Positions 1-10,852 are shown, counted from the first letter of the stretch. The stretch is 64,000 nt of DNA from an uncultured Lachnospiraceae bacterium (GCA_947624875.1 CANQMA010000001.1:40225-104224); one strand, 5' to 3'. Made by a program: numbers and translations. The notes: generated by a model from the sequence alone, not told the origin.

Positions 1-825
1 ATAATTTTTTCCTGCCTGCGTGTATTCTTCAAGCTGCGCATCAGAAATTTTTCCGGTATACCCGATAATTGGAGCAAAATATGTACTGTTGTTGTATTTT
101 CTTACAGTCTGCTGTTCCACGGAAACACCGGTGATATTTGAAGTATTTTCCTGAATAGCCACCGCCGTCTCTTTGGAAACTTCCTTTGCGATTGTCGTCG
201 CAACATACTTTTGATAGGAATTACAATAAACGTTGTACCGAATGGAAATCATTTTCAGGAGCATTGGTTTATCATAGTCTTCTTTAATTTCGAAAAATTC
301 ATCCTTCAAATAATTCATGATTTCAGTCGGATTGGCATTTTGATAATTTTTGTTATCTCTAACATAATTCCCGTTAAATATATTCTTATAAAATAATTGT
401 TTTGCAGCATCCGATGTGAAATTAAATTCCCAGTGTTTTGCAGAATTAATGATGATCGGAAAATCAACAATCACTGTATCACCATACTTTTCAATCAGTT
501 TGATCGCATTGGAAACAATTTTATTCATTTCTGCATTTTTCGTATCTGAACTGTCAATCTTATCTTCCAGTACAACCGAATAGGCAAGGGTGTCATAAGC
601 GAGAACATTTCCCTTTGCATCCAATATCCGGCCTCTGGTACCGGGGTTGTAAATGCTCTTTTCCGCTTGTTGGATATAGGTACTCATATAGTAGTTTTCA
701 TTGACAATCTGTAAATCAAAAATCCGGTAAATCAATCCCGCAAACATACAGACCATGATTAGTGACACGATAAAAATTCTTGATTTTACTATTTTTAAAA
801 TGTTATAAAAAAAATCACTTACCAA
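1..825 (-). CDS. Class B penicillin-binding protein (PBP2/MrdA-like), N-terminal part; runs off the window
   Basis: Open frame from TTG at 825 to base 1, not in ORF track. N-terminal TM helix, then RIFDLQIV...PGTRGRILD and YFAPIIGYTGKIS, typical of the PBP dimerisation domain. Follows mreD. Confidence 0.85.
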   Translation of the reverse strand, partial: MVSDFFYNILKIVKSRIFIVSLIMVCMFAGLIYRIFDLQIVNENYYMSTYIQQAEKSIYNPGTRGRILDAKGNVLAYDTLAYSVVLEDKIDSSDTKNAEMNKIVSNAIKLIEKYGDTVIVDFPIIINSAKHWEFNFTSDAAKQLFYKNIFNGNYVRDNKNYQNANPTEIMNYLKDEFFEIKEDYDKPMLLKMISIRYNVYCNSYQKYVATTIAKEVSKETAVAIQENTSNITGVSVEQQTVRKYNNSTYFAPIIGYTGKISDAQLEEYTQAGKNY

Positions 826-1348
826 AGTATAATTCACTCTCCTGTTTTTCTACGTAAATTTTATCATTTAAATAATCAAACAGCTTGTACAAAATTAACA
901 TAAAAAATGCTGTAAAAATCATTTCCGGAAGAATAATATGGTCAAAATAAAACGAATACGTCAGTTTGTTTCGCAATAAAAATCGAAAAATATATACAAA
1001 CGAATTGTAAATAAAATCATTAAAAAACACTAAAAACATTGCCACATATACGTGGTCGTTATGCAGTAAACGCTTGAATATTCCGCTGAAAAAACCGATA
1101 TAAGTATAAATGAGCGCATATAAGCCGAGCACATCGCCAAAAGCAATATCAACGAGAAGTCCACAGAAAAGTCCTGTAAGACTGCCAAAATTTTCCCCTC
1201 TCATAAATCCCAAAATGGAAGTTACAATCAACAAAAAATTCGGTGTTACGATGATTAAATTAGTGGCGAGTGATATGTAACTTTGAAGTACAAACGCCAA
1301 AATAATAATAACAGCTGTTACGGCAGCCTTAATCAATCTGCGCTTCAT
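815..1348 (-). CDS. mreD: Rod shape-determining protein MreD
   Basis: Hydrophobic 177 aa with PNFLLI...GLFCGLLVD motif; follows mreC. Confidence 0.92.
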   Translation of the reverse strand: MKRRLIKAAVTAVIIILAFVLQSYISLATNLIIVTPNFLLIVTSILGFMRGENFGSLTGLFCGLLVDIAFGDVLGLYALIYTYIGFFSGIFKRLLHNDHVYVAMFLVFFNDFIYNSFVYIFRFLLRNKLTYSFYFDHIILPEMIFTAFFMLILYKLFDYLNDKIYVEKQESELYFGK

Positions 1349-1349
1349 C

Positions 1350-2207
1350 TTAATCCTTTAAATCCTCTTTTAACTGTGTAATAACCAAAACTTCATTGAT
1401 ATGCTGAAAATCCACAGCCGGAAGAATTGTTCCGGACTGTGTCAGATCATTGGAATCTTTCGAAATCTGATTGACGTATCCAACTAAAATTCCCGGCAAA
1501 AATTTATCACTGATCTGGGATGTGATTACAGAGACGCCCTCTTTGACTTCTGCATTTTTGTCTATTTCAGTAATATTTAAAACACCCTGTTCCATCAACT
1601 TTAAATCACCGCTGACGATGCCGGTATCCGTCGCGTTGACAAATGCTACGCTTACTTTGCTTTCATCATCAATAATGGAACGGACTTTTGCATAATTCTT
1701 TCCGACATCATAGACAATTCCTACTAATCCGCCGCCGCTGATCACATTCATATCGACGGCAACGCCGTCATCACTTCCTTTGTTGATGGTAAAAACATGA
1801 AACCAGTTCCCGGTCTCCTTTCCAATCACGGTGGCGCCTACTTTTTTATATTGGGAATAATCACCATCCAGCTGATATAACTGTCGTAAACGCTCTAACT
1901 CATATTTATTTTGAGACAATAGACTATTTTCTTCGGATAACTGATCCACCTGTTCTTTTAATTGCTGATTTTCCTTTGTCAGCCGGTTCACAGATTTCAG
2001 CATGTCTGATTTTGTGACGAACCATGATCCCAGGTGATTAACTCCGTCCTGCAATGGTACAATCATAATGCTGATTGCTGATTGAAATGGTTTGGCATAA
2101 TTTTTCACAGCAACCGACAAGATTAAATTGATAATGCAGAAAATCGTTAAAATAAATATCAGTACTTTCGGTTTTATTTTAAATTTCTTATCTTTTTTCA
2201 TGACCAT
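1350..2207 (-). CDS. mreC: Rod shape-determining protein MreC
   Basis: TM plus coiled coil, INKGSDDGV...GLVGIV, PGILVG, PAVDF motifs. Confidence 0.95.
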   Translation of the reverse strand: MVMKKDKKFKIKPKVLIFILTIFCIINLILSVAVKNYAKPFQSAISIMIVPLQDGVNHLGSWFVTKSDMLKSVNRLTKENQQLKEQVDQLSEENSLLSQNKYELERLRQLYQLDGDYSQYKKVGATVIGKETGNWFHVFTINKGSDDGVAVDMNVISGGGLVGIVYDVGKNYAKVRSIIDDESKVSVAFVNATDTGIVSGDLKLMEQGVLNITEIDKNAEVKEGVSVITSQISDKFLPGILVGYVNQISKDSNDLTQSGTILPAVDFQHINEVLVITQLKEDLKD

Positions 2208-2214
2208 TTATCCT

Positions 2215-3261
2215 TTATAATGAAATCCTTCCCGGATCATACATGAGTTTTCTGTATTTTGTATCAGACATAATCAGTGAAATCCCACGGATCACGGAAT
2301 TCTCCGGGTTGTCCACACGGTTTACATGCAATTCCGTCTCCGAAGCAATCATCTGATCGAGATTTTTGATGCGCGCCGAACCTCCTGTCAGATAAATCCC
2401 CTTATTCATAATATCTGCTGAAAGTTCCGGCGGCGTGCGCTCCAAAAGAGACTTGATCGCATCGACGATTGTATCAAAAAACTGTCCGATATGTTCGCAA
2501 ATGGTGTCTTTTGCAATCGCTCTTTCCGAAGGCAGCCCTGTAATGATGTTTCTTCCAAACACATAAATCAAGTCTTCTGCTTCTTCATCCGTTTCCGGAT
2601 CCGATTCCTCATCCTCATTGTACATCGCATCAGCAAGGGAGATTTTTATTTTTTCAGCCGTTTTTAAACCAATTAATATATTATATCTCTTTTTTACAAT
2701 TTCCTGGATGAGTTCATCAATACGGCTTCCGCCCATCTTGATGATTTTGCTGATTACAATGCCTCCAAGCGAAATCACAGAAATTTCTGTCGTACTGGAA
2801 CCAATATTGACAATCATATTTCCCTTTGGAGAAGTTATATCGACGCCGACGCCTACCGCGTCTGCAATCGGTTTTTCCACAATTTTGATTTCGCGTGGTT
2901 TAATCTGCGATTTTGAAACGACATCGTAAAACGCTCTTTTATCCACATCGGTTACATCGGAAGGAACAGCGATACAAAACCGCCCCATTCTGGTACCTTT
3001 GGTTATGTCCATATACAGATTTTCAAAAATATATCTCATATTTTTTAAATCCGCAATCACGCCTTCCTTAATCGGGAAGACAACCTGAATGCTGTCAGGA
3101 TTTTTCTCATACATTGTATATGCTTCATTCCCGTAAGAAAATAATTCGTTTTTATTTTTTATGGCAACGACATTTCGCTCATTGATTGTAGTTCTGGTCA
3201 ATCCGCTATATATTTTTATATTTGAAGTACCAAAATCAATTCCATAGATACTTTTACTCAT
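2215..3261 (-). CDS. mreB: MreB-family actin-like protein (divergent)
   Basis: GIDFGTSN, LERTPPELSADI, GIYLTGGSA motifs; upstream of mreC. Confidence 0.88.
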   Translation of the reverse strand: MSKSIYGIDFGTSNIKIYSGLTRTTINERNVVAIKNKNELFSYGNEAYTMYEKNPDSIQVVFPIKEGVIADLKNMRYIFENLYMDITKGTRMGRFCIAVPSDVTDVDKRAFYDVVSKSQIKPREIKIVEKPIADAVGVGVDITSPKGNMIVNIGSSTTEISVISLGGIVISKIIKMGGSRIDELIQEIVKKRYNILIGLKTAEKIKISLADAMYNEDEESDPETDEEAEDLIYVFGRNIITGLPSERAIAKDTICEHIGQFFDTIVDAIKSLLERTPPELSADIMNKGIYLTGGSARIKNLDQMIASETELHVNRVDNPENSVIRGISLIMSDTKYRKLMYDPGRISL

Positions 3262-3334
3262 TTATTCCTCCTAATGAACATTTTTGACAATGTCTGTATG
3301 TTCAAATATCATAACAAGAACCCTATCCTATTGA

Positions 3335-4024
3335 TTAGTGCAGAAGATTCTGTTCATTCAGACTGCAATACTGCCGGTCTCCGATAATGATGTGGTCCAG
3401 CAGCCGGATTCCAACAAGCTGTCCGCCGGTTAAGATTTCTTTGGATACAGAAATGTCTGCTCTGCTGGGAGTCGGATCCCCGCTTGGATGATTATGAATC
3501 AGAACAAAACTAACCGCGCCGCAACGCAGCGCTTCCAAAAAGATTTCCCGACTGGAAATCAGCGACCGATTGACGCTGCCGGTGGTCAGGCAATGCTCCT
3601 TGATCAGGTTACACTTTGAATCCAGATACATGACATATAACTGTTCCTGTTCTAAATGCCGCAGTCTCTCCATATAATACTCTGCAATCGTCGACGGCAT
3701 GTCAAAGCAAAGTCCTTTGAGTGCTTTTTCTGATGCAATGCGTTTTGCCAATTCTGCAATACATAAAATCTGGCAGGCTTTTGCATTCCCCACGCCTTTG
3801 ATTTCTAAAAGCTGTTCTTTTTCCAGATGCATGATGGAGAGCAACTCCGATTCATGGTTCCTGCTTTTTAGGATTTTACCAGCCAAATCTCTGGCGCTGC
3901 AGCCTACGGTCCCGGTTCGAAGGATGACCGACAAAAGTTCTGTATTGCTCAACATGCGGGCGCCGTACTTTAAACATTTCTCATATGGCCGTTCCTGAAC
4001 CGGCAATTCTTTCATTCGATTCAT
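3335..4024 (-). CDS. radC: RadC/JAB-domain protein
   Basis: ERPYEK start, HNHPSGDPTPSRAD and LLDHIIIG motifs. Confidence 0.95.
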   Translation of the reverse strand: MNRMKELPVQERPYEKCLKYGARMLSNTELLSVILRTGTVGCSARDLAGKILKSRNHESELLSIMHLEKEQLLEIKGVGNAKACQILCIAELAKRIASEKALKGLCFDMPSTIAEYYMERLRHLEQEQLYVMYLDSKCNLIKEHCLTTGSVNRSLISSREIFLEALRCGAVSFVLIHNHPSGDPTPSRADISVSKEILTGGQLVGIRLLDHIIIGDRQYCSLNEQNLLH

Positions 4025-4122
4025 ATACCATTTTAGACTCTCTCCAAGTACAGTTCTTATTTTAACACAATAAAATTTTAGTGTATACGTTTTTTACAAT
4101 AAAAGACAATTAAAAACAAAGG

Positions 4123-5409
4123 TTATTCGATTTTGACGATTTTTTTATCAATCATCTCCTGTAATGCTTTCATAATTCCGGCTTTTGCATGATAAAATGT
4201 GAGTCCTCCCTGAAAATATACTGCATATGGCGGTTTTATGGGGCCATCAGCGCTCAACTCAATCGAGGAGCCCTGAACAAAAGCGCCCGCGGCCATAATC
4301 ACCGGAGAATCGTATCCCGGCATGTCCCACGGTTCCGGCGTCAAATGACTGTCCACCGGAGCGGCTTTTTGGATTCCCTCACAAAAGGCAGTCACCGCTT
4401 CAGGATTTCCGAACTCAATGCATTGGATGATATCGGTTCGGAAAGTCCGGTGGTCCGGATAAACTAAAAATCCTATTTTTTGAAACAATGCCGCCGCAAA
4501 AACAGCGCCTTTTTCTGCCGCCGCAACTACTGTTGGAGCAAGAAACAGTCCCTGATATAATGCGTTAATCATGCCGGAATTTGCACCGACTTCTTTACCC
4601 AGCCCAGGGGTGGTCAGCCGATAGGCGCATCGTTCAATGCATTCTCTGGTTCCGCAGATATATCCACCGGTCGGTGCCAGGCCGCCTCCGGGATTTTTAA
4701 TCAGGGAACCCACGACCATGTCTGCGCCATAATCTGACGGTTCCGTCATTTCTACAAATTCGCCATAACAGTTATCGACCATAATCCGGACGTCGGGACG
4801 AATCCCTTTGATAAAGGAAATCACTTTTCCAATCTCGGAAACGCAAAGAGACGGCCGTGTTGCATATCCTTTGGAACGCTGGATTCCAATTAGTTTTACA
4901 GGCTGTTCTAAAAGATTTTGTATCCCCTTATAATCAAAAGTTCCATCGTCCATCAAATCAACCTGTCGGTACCGGATTCCATATTCTGCAAGACTTCCTG
5001 CAGACGGCCGGATCCCAATCACTTCTTCGAGAGTATCATAGGGCTTTCCGGAAATATATGCCATCGTATCGCCCGGCAGCAAATTGGCAGAAAGCGCTAT
5101 CCCCAATGCATGAGTGCCGCAGGTAATCTGCGGGCGGACCAAAGCGTCCTCCGTATGAAAAATATCCGCATAAACCTGTTCTAATGTATCGCGTCCCAGA
5201 TCATTATAACCGTATCCGGACGATGGATTAAAACACGCCTCTGACACTCTGTTTTTCTGCATTGCATGGAGCACTTTTAACTGGTTGTATTCTGCCGTCC
5301 TGTCAATCCGGTGAAATTGCTCTGTGAGTACATTTAAAACCTGCTCAGACAGATCAAATACTTCTTTTGATATTCCCAAAGACTCATACATCTTCATCTG
5401 TTCGTTCAT
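4123..5409 (-). CDS. Methionine gamma-lyase family PLP enzyme (YnbB/aluminium-resistance type)
   Basis: GYGYNDLGRD, VDNCYGEF, GSLIKNPGGG, GSSIELSADGP motifs; follows miaA. Confidence 0.9.
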   Translation of the reverse strand: MNEQMKMYESLGISKEVFDLSEQVLNVLTEQFHRIDRTAEYNQLKVLHAMQKNRVSEACFNPSSGYGYNDLGRDTLEQVYADIFHTEDALVRPQITCGTHALGIALSANLLPGDTMAYISGKPYDTLEEVIGIRPSAGSLAEYGIRYRQVDLMDDGTFDYKGIQNLLEQPVKLIGIQRSKGYATRPSLCVSEIGKVISFIKGIRPDVRIMVDNCYGEFVEMTEPSDYGADMVVGSLIKNPGGGLAPTGGYICGTRECIERCAYRLTTPGLGKEVGANSGMINALYQGLFLAPTVVAAAEKGAVFAAALFQKIGFLVYPDHRTFRTDIIQCIEFGNPEAVTAFCEGIQKAAPVDSHLTPEPWDMPGYDSPVIMAAGAFVQGSSIELSADGPIKPPYAVYFQGGLTFYHAKAGIMKALQEMIDKKIVKIE

Positions 5410-6352
5410 TTGTTATTATTCCTTTTTCGCGCAAATTATATAATAAATATTCCAGAATTTCATTTTTATCATCATGAAATTTTTGACAATCGACCATCGT
5501 GACATCTTTTTCTCTGCGGAACCATGTCAACTGGCGTTTTGCAAAGTGACGCGTGTTTTTTTTGATTAATTCCACAGTTTCCTCAAATCCAAGCCTGCCT
5601 TTGAGATATTCAATCATTTCCTTATATCCGATTCCCTGCATGGAGGAGAGATTCTCATCATACCCTTCGGAAAGCAATGCGCTCACTTCTTCCTCCAAAC
5701 CTGCATCAATCATCTGGTCAACACGACGATTAATTCGTTGATATAACACTGTCCGGTCCGTATTCAACACAAAATAAGAAAATTGATAAGGAGAGTGATT
5801 CTGTCTCTGGATCTGATTGTGCATTGATATTTTTTCTCCGGTCTGGTGAAAATATTCCAGCGCGCGGATCACCCGTCTTACATTGTTTGGATGAATCACT
5901 CCGGCTGACTCCGGATCTACTTTCTGAAGCATTTCATAAAGAGATTCCGGCCCCTGTTCTTCTCCCATTGTTTCTAATGATTTCCGATACTCCTGTGTTT
6001 CCTCGGTTTCATGAAACTGAATATCATATAAAACTGATTGGATGTAAAATCCGGTGCCTCCGGCAATGATTGGAATTTTTCCTTTTTCCCCGATTAAATC
6101 AATATATTCTTTTGCTTTATTTTGAAAAATGTGTACATTAAACGGTTCGCCCGGGTCAAATTCATCAATCAGATAATGCGGGATTCCCTGCATTTCTTCC
6201 GGTGTAATCTTCGCAGACCCAATATTCATTTTTTTGTAAACCTGAATGGAATCCGCACTGATAATTTCACCGTTAATTGCCTTGGCAAGGCGAATCGATA
6301 GTTCTGTTTTTCCAATCGCAGTGGGACCGGTCAATACAACTAATTTTTTCAT
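5384..6352 (-). CDS. miaA: tRNA dimethylallyltransferase
   Basis: GPTAIGKT, ISADSIQVY, GGTGFY, AKRQLTWF. Confidence 0.97.
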   Translation of the reverse strand: MKKLVVLTGPTAIGKTELSIRLAKAINGEIISADSIQVYKKMNIGSAKITPEEMQGIPHYLIDEFDPGEPFNVHIFQNKAKEYIDLIGEKGKIPIIAGGTGFYIQSVLYDIQFHETEETQEYRKSLETMGEEQGPESLYEMLQKVDPESAGVIHPNNVRRVIRALEYFHQTGEKISMHNQIQRQNHSPYQFSYFVLNTDRTVLYQRINRRVDQMIDAGLEEEVSALLSEGYDENLSSMQGIGYKEMIEYLKGRLGFEETVELIKKNTRHFAKRQLTWFRREKDVTMVDCQKFHDDKNEILEYLLYNLREKGIITNERTDEDV

Positions 6353-6354
6353 TT

Positions 6355-8154
6355 TTATACAATTCTCTTAAATTTCTTATCTAACTCATATTTGCTCATA
6401 GAAATAATTGTCGGCCTGCCGTGAGGACAATTATACGGATTTTCCAACTGCAGCAGCTGTTCGATTAAAGCGTCCATTTCCTGCGCAGTCAGAAGATTAT
6501 TCCCTTTCACTGCCGCTTTGCACGCCATGGAAGCAATTTTATCCGTAATCATATCCGGTACCATACGCCCTGTTTCCTGAGACAGTTCATCTAATAGTTC
6601 CATAAAGACATCTCCGGAATCTAAGGAATATAAATCAGCCGGAACGCCTCGAAGCGCAAAATCCTGTCCGCCAAACGATTCTATTTCAAATCCTAATGCC
6701 TGGAAATGGTCCCGGTATTGATTGAATAGTGCGGCTTCACTCATGGATAAATTTAAAATAACCGGCGGATTGATCATCTGCGTGGATATTTTTTTCTGTC
6801 GGAATTTTTCCATCAGGGTTTCAAACATCACCTTTTCATGCGCCGCATGCTGGTCGATAATATACATTTTATTTTCGTATTCAATAATCCAATAGGTGTC
6901 AAACACCTGACCAATCAGTTTGTGGCGCGGTTTTGCCGCCGTTGTCAGAAAATCGTCGGAAACTTCTGTCAAAGTTTGCTGTACCGGCTTTCCTGCATTG
7001 TAATTTGCCTCTTCCGCCACATAACCCTGTTCGGTTTTCAAAGAGGTCTGCGTTTGCGGTTGACGGATTGTCTGTACGACTCTCTTTTCTTCAAAAGGTT
7101 CCGGGACAGAGCGCTGCTTTTGGGGTGCTTTTTTCGTTTTTTCCAACGCTACCGGAATAATATTCGGTTTTTCTATCAAAGCCTGATGAATCGTATCTGC
7201 GATCCACGGATAAATCGCCTCGCCTTTTCTGAAACGAAGTTCCATTTTTGCCGGATGGACGTTGACGTCTAAAAGTTCCGGCCTGATATCAAAATTGAGC
7301 GCAGTAAACGGATATTTATGCTGCATTAAGATGAATTTGTAACCGTCTTCAATCGCTTTATTGATAATATTGCTTTTGATAAAGCGGCCGTTTATAAAAT
7401 AATTTTCGCAGTTTCTGTTTCCACGGGATATAATCGCTTTACCAATAAAACCGGACATCTTCATAAAATCATTTTCCGCATGAATTTCAATCAGATTATC
7501 CAATACATCTTTTCCATAGATACTATAAATTACATCTTTCAGACTGCCATTTCCGCTCGTATGAATTTTCGTCTGCCCGTTCCCCACAAAATGAATCGAA
7601 ATATCCGGGTGGGAAAGCGCAATCTTTTCTACAATATCTGAGATATACCCTGCTTCTGTCTGCGCCGTTTTTAAAAACTTTCTTCTGGCAGGAGTATTAA
7701 AAAAAATGTTGCGGACAATCAGGGTTGTACCATCAGGGACTCCGATCTCATCAAAAGAAATCTCGCGGCCTCCTTCAATCTTGTATCGGGTTCCAAGCAT
7801 TTGTTCTTTTGTTTTTGTAATCAATTCGACCTGGCAAACCGCCGCAATACTCGATAACGCTTCACCACGGAAACCAAGCGAAGAAACAGACATTAAATCC
7901 AGCGCGCTTTTGATTTTGCTCGTCGAATGCCTGAGAAAAGCAATCTGAATATCATCCGGATCAATACCGGATCCATTGTCCGTAATCCGAATCAGAGATG
8001 TGCCGCCGTCTTTAATCTCCACGGTAATCATTGTCGCGCCTGCGTCAATCGAATTTTCCATCAGTTCTTTTACAATGGAAGCAGGCCGGTCAATGACTTC
8101 CCCCGCAGCAATCTGGTTAATTGTATTTTGATCCAAAACTTGAATTTTACTCAT
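6355..8154 (-). CDS. mutL: DNA mismatch repair endonuclease MutL
   Basis: NQIAAGEV, LGFRGEAL, DQHAAHE, CPHGRP. Confidence 0.98.
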   Translation of the reverse strand: MSKIQVLDQNTINQIAAGEVIDRPASIVKELMENSIDAGATMITVEIKDGGTSLIRITDNGSGIDPDDIQIAFLRHSTSKIKSALDLMSVSSLGFRGEALSSIAAVCQVELITKTKEQMLGTRYKIEGGREISFDEIGVPDGTTLIVRNIFFNTPARRKFLKTAQTEAGYISDIVEKIALSHPDISIHFVGNGQTKIHTSGNGSLKDVIYSIYGKDVLDNLIEIHAENDFMKMSGFIGKAIISRGNRNCENYFINGRFIKSNIINKAIEDGYKFILMQHKYPFTALNFDIRPELLDVNVHPAKMELRFRKGEAIYPWIADTIHQALIEKPNIIPVALEKTKKAPQKQRSVPEPFEEKRVVQTIRQPQTQTSLKTEQGYVAEEANYNAGKPVQQTLTEVSDDFLTTAAKPRHKLIGQVFDTYWIIEYENKMYIIDQHAAHEKVMFETLMEKFRQKKISTQMINPPVILNLSMSEAALFNQYRDHFQALGFEIESFGGQDFALRGVPADLYSLDSGDVFMELLDELSQETGRMVPDMITDKIASMACKAAVKGNNLLTAQEMDALIEQLLQLENPYNCPHGRPTIISMSKYELDKKFKRIV

Positions 8155-8164
8155 GGTTTTTCCT

Positions 8165-10852
8165 TTACCATCGGTTCTTTAACCGGTTTTGCAGTTTGTA
8201 TAAATAATTCAGTCCCTCAATTGGCGTCATCGTACTCAGATCAATATCTTCGATTTCCTGAATAATGTCGTCTTCTTTGACCGTGTCAAATAAGGTCATT
8301 TGATGAATTTCCATGTTATCCTCCGCACTTGGCAGCACAGAACTGCCCGGCTGCATATTGGCGGCAATTTCCTTTGCGCGCATCGTGATATCTGCATTGC
8401 TGAGTTCCAGCACCAATTTTCTCGCGCGATTTAATACGGATTCGGGAATTCCTGCAAGGCGCGCCACCTGAATTCCATAACTTTTATCCGCGCCTCCGGC
8501 GACAATTTTACGCAGAAAAACAATATCGTCTCCCTGCTCTTTCACACTAATACAGTAATTGTTTACGCCCGGCAGGGTTCCTTCCAATTCGGTCAATTCA
8601 TGGTAGTGGGTCGCAAACAGGGTTTTTGCGCCTAACAGTTTCTTGTCGCAGATATGTTCAATCACAGCCCACGCGATACTTAATCCGTCAAAGGTGCTGG
8701 TACCCCTGCCGATTTCATCGAGAATCAGCAGGCTGTCCGCCGTGGCATTGCGCAAAATATTGGCCACTTCCGTCATTTCCACCATAAAGGTACTCTGTCC
8801 GCTGGCAAGGTCATCGGATGCGCCAACACGAGTGAAAATCTTGTCGCATATTGAAATATTTGCCTCCTTTGCGGGAACAAAAGAGCCAATCTGAGCCATC
8901 AGGGTGATCAATGCGGTCTGCCGCATATAAGTTGACTTTCCTGCCATATTCGGACCCGTGATGACGGCCAGACGGTTTTTATTGGTATCCAGATAGGTAT
9001 TATTGGAGACAAACATGTTTTCCCCAATCATTTTTTCTACTACGGGATGTCTCCCCTCTTTAATATCAATGATTCCTTTCTGATTGATTTTCGGTTTCAC
9101 ATAATGATTTCTTTCCGCAACGAAAGCAAGTGAAGCAAACACGTCAATCTGGGCAACCGCTTTTGCAGTCTGCTGAATCCGGCTCATCTGGTCAAATATC
9201 CGGTCGCGCACGTCTGTAAATACATTATATTCCAACGAAAACAGCTTATCTTCTGCCCCGACGACAAGTTCTTCCAGTTCCTTCAGTCTGTCCGTCGTAA
9301 AGCGCTCGGAATTTGTGAGGGTCTGTTTCCGTATAAAATAATCCGGAACCATCTCTTTATAGGTATTGCGCACTTCAAAATAATATCCGAAAACTTTGTT
9401 GTATTTAATTTTTAGATTAATCCCTGTTTTTTGACGTTCCTCCGCCTCGAGTTCAGCCAGCCACGTTTTTCCCTCTGATTTCGCGCTGCGCAGACGGTCG
9501 ATTTCAGCATTGTAACCAGTTCGGATAATGCCGCCCTCTTTGATGGAAATCGGCGGTTCGTCGGTAATCGAATCATCAATCATGTGCATGATATCTTCCA
9601 GCGGATCCAGTCTCTCTACAAGATCAAGAAACAGCGGTGATTTAAAATCCATAATAATGTTTCTGATATGTGGAAGCATGGATAGGGAACTTTTAAACGC
9701 AATCAAATCTCTTGGGTTTGCCGACCGATAGGATATTTTGCTGAGCAGACGTTCTAAATCATAAATCGGCGACAGATATTCTCTCAGTTCGTCTCTTGTG
9801 ATTATAGAGTGATTCAACTCTTCAATCACTTTCTGTCTGTTGACAATTTCCTCTTTTGAAACCAGCGGCTGCTCAATATAACTGCGCAGAGTTCTGGCTC
9901 CCATCGCGGTTTTCGTTTTATCCAAAACCCAGAGCAGAGAGCCTTTTTTCTGTTTTTCCCTGAGCGTCTCACAAAGTTCCAGATTCCGCCTTGTGGAAGA
10001 ATCTAAAATCATAAATGTGTTGGTGGAATATGGAAACAGACGATTGATATGGGATAAAGAATTTTTTTGGGTTTCATATAGATATTTCAACAGAGAACCG
10101 GCTGAAATTACGCCCAGCGCCATATCAGATAAACCAAGTCCCGTTAAATCCGAAAGATGAAAGTGTTCCCTCAAAAGTTCTGCACAAAGTTCTTCATCAA
10201 AATACCACTGTTCCAATTCAAAAACAGAAATATTCATCCGCTCTCTCAAATCTGTAATATCGAGTCCACAGATTAGAAACGCGTGATTACAGATGATCTC
10301 ACTTGGCATGAATTTATTAATTTCGTCGAGAACACTCCGCGTGGAATGTACTTCCGTCACATAGTAATCTCCGGTAGTCACATCGACAATTGAAATGCCA
10401 AACGTTTCGCTCAAATAGCAGATGGACATCAGATAATTATTTTTTCCTTCATCAATCGCCGAAGTGTTCAGATTGGTACCGGGTGTGACGATTCTGACGA
10501 CTTCTCTTTTTACCAGTCCCTTGGCCTCAGCAGGATTTTCCACCTGCTCTACGATACAAACCTTATATCCTTTCGTCACAAGACGATTTAAATAGGTCTC
10601 AACCGCATGATGTGGAACGCCGCACATCGGCGCACGCTCTTTCAAACCGCAGCTTTTTTTGGTCAGGGTCAGTTCGATTTCTTTTGCAGCCAAAACGGCA
10701 TCGTCAAAAAACATTTCGTAGAAATCACCTAAACGGTAAAAAATAATGCAGTCGCTATATTGTTGTTTTGTTTCTAAATATACTTTCATCATAGGTGTCA
10801 CGTCATCTAACTGATGATCCCAGACATCCTGCATCATTGGAGGTAAACTCAT
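8165..10852 (-). CDS. mutS: DNA mismatch repair protein MutS
   Basis: RLGDFYEMF, GPNMAGKST, DEIGRGTST, C-terminal clamp motif QMTLF. Confidence 0.98.
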   Translation of the reverse strand: MSLPPMMQDVWDHQLDDVTPMMKVYLETKQQYSDCIIFYRLGDFYEMFFDDAVLAAKEIELTLTKKSCGLKERAPMCGVPHHAVETYLNRLVTKGYKVCIVEQVENPAEAKGLVKREVVRIVTPGTNLNTSAIDEGKNNYLMSICYLSETFGISIVDVTTGDYYVTEVHSTRSVLDEINKFMPSEIICNHAFLICGLDITDLRERMNISVFELEQWYFDEELCAELLREHFHLSDLTGLGLSDMALGVISAGSLLKYLYETQKNSLSHINRLFPYSTNTFMILDSSTRRNLELCETLREKQKKGSLLWVLDKTKTAMGARTLRSYIEQPLVSKEEIVNRQKVIEELNHSIITRDELREYLSPIYDLERLLSKISYRSANPRDLIAFKSSLSMLPHIRNIIMDFKSPLFLDLVERLDPLEDIMHMIDDSITDEPPISIKEGGIIRTGYNAEIDRLRSAKSEGKTWLAELEAEERQKTGINLKIKYNKVFGYYFEVRNTYKEMVPDYFIRKQTLTNSERFTTDRLKELEELVVGAEDKLFSLEYNVFTDVRDRIFDQMSRIQQTAKAVAQIDVFASLAFVAERNHYVKPKINQKGIIDIKEGRHPVVEKMIGENMFVSNNTYLDTNKNRLAVITGPNMAGKSTYMRQTALITLMAQIGSFVPAKEANISICDKIFTRVGASDDLASGQSTFMVEMTEVANILRNATADSLLILDEIGRGTSTFDGLSIAWAVIEHICDKKLLGAKTLFATHYHELTELEGTLPGVNNYCISVKEQGDDIVFLRKIVAGGADKSYGIQVARLAGIPESVLNRARKLVLELSNADITMRAKEIAANMQPGSSVLPSAEDNMEIHQMTLFDTVKEDDIIQEIEDIDLSTMTPIEGLNYLYKLQNRLKNRW

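Noticed and set aside
3335-4024. radC as a marker of a mobile or anti-defence element
   Set aside because: Full-length chromosomal type with an N-terminal HhH region, in the standard radC-mreBCD context; no integrase or att sites nearby.
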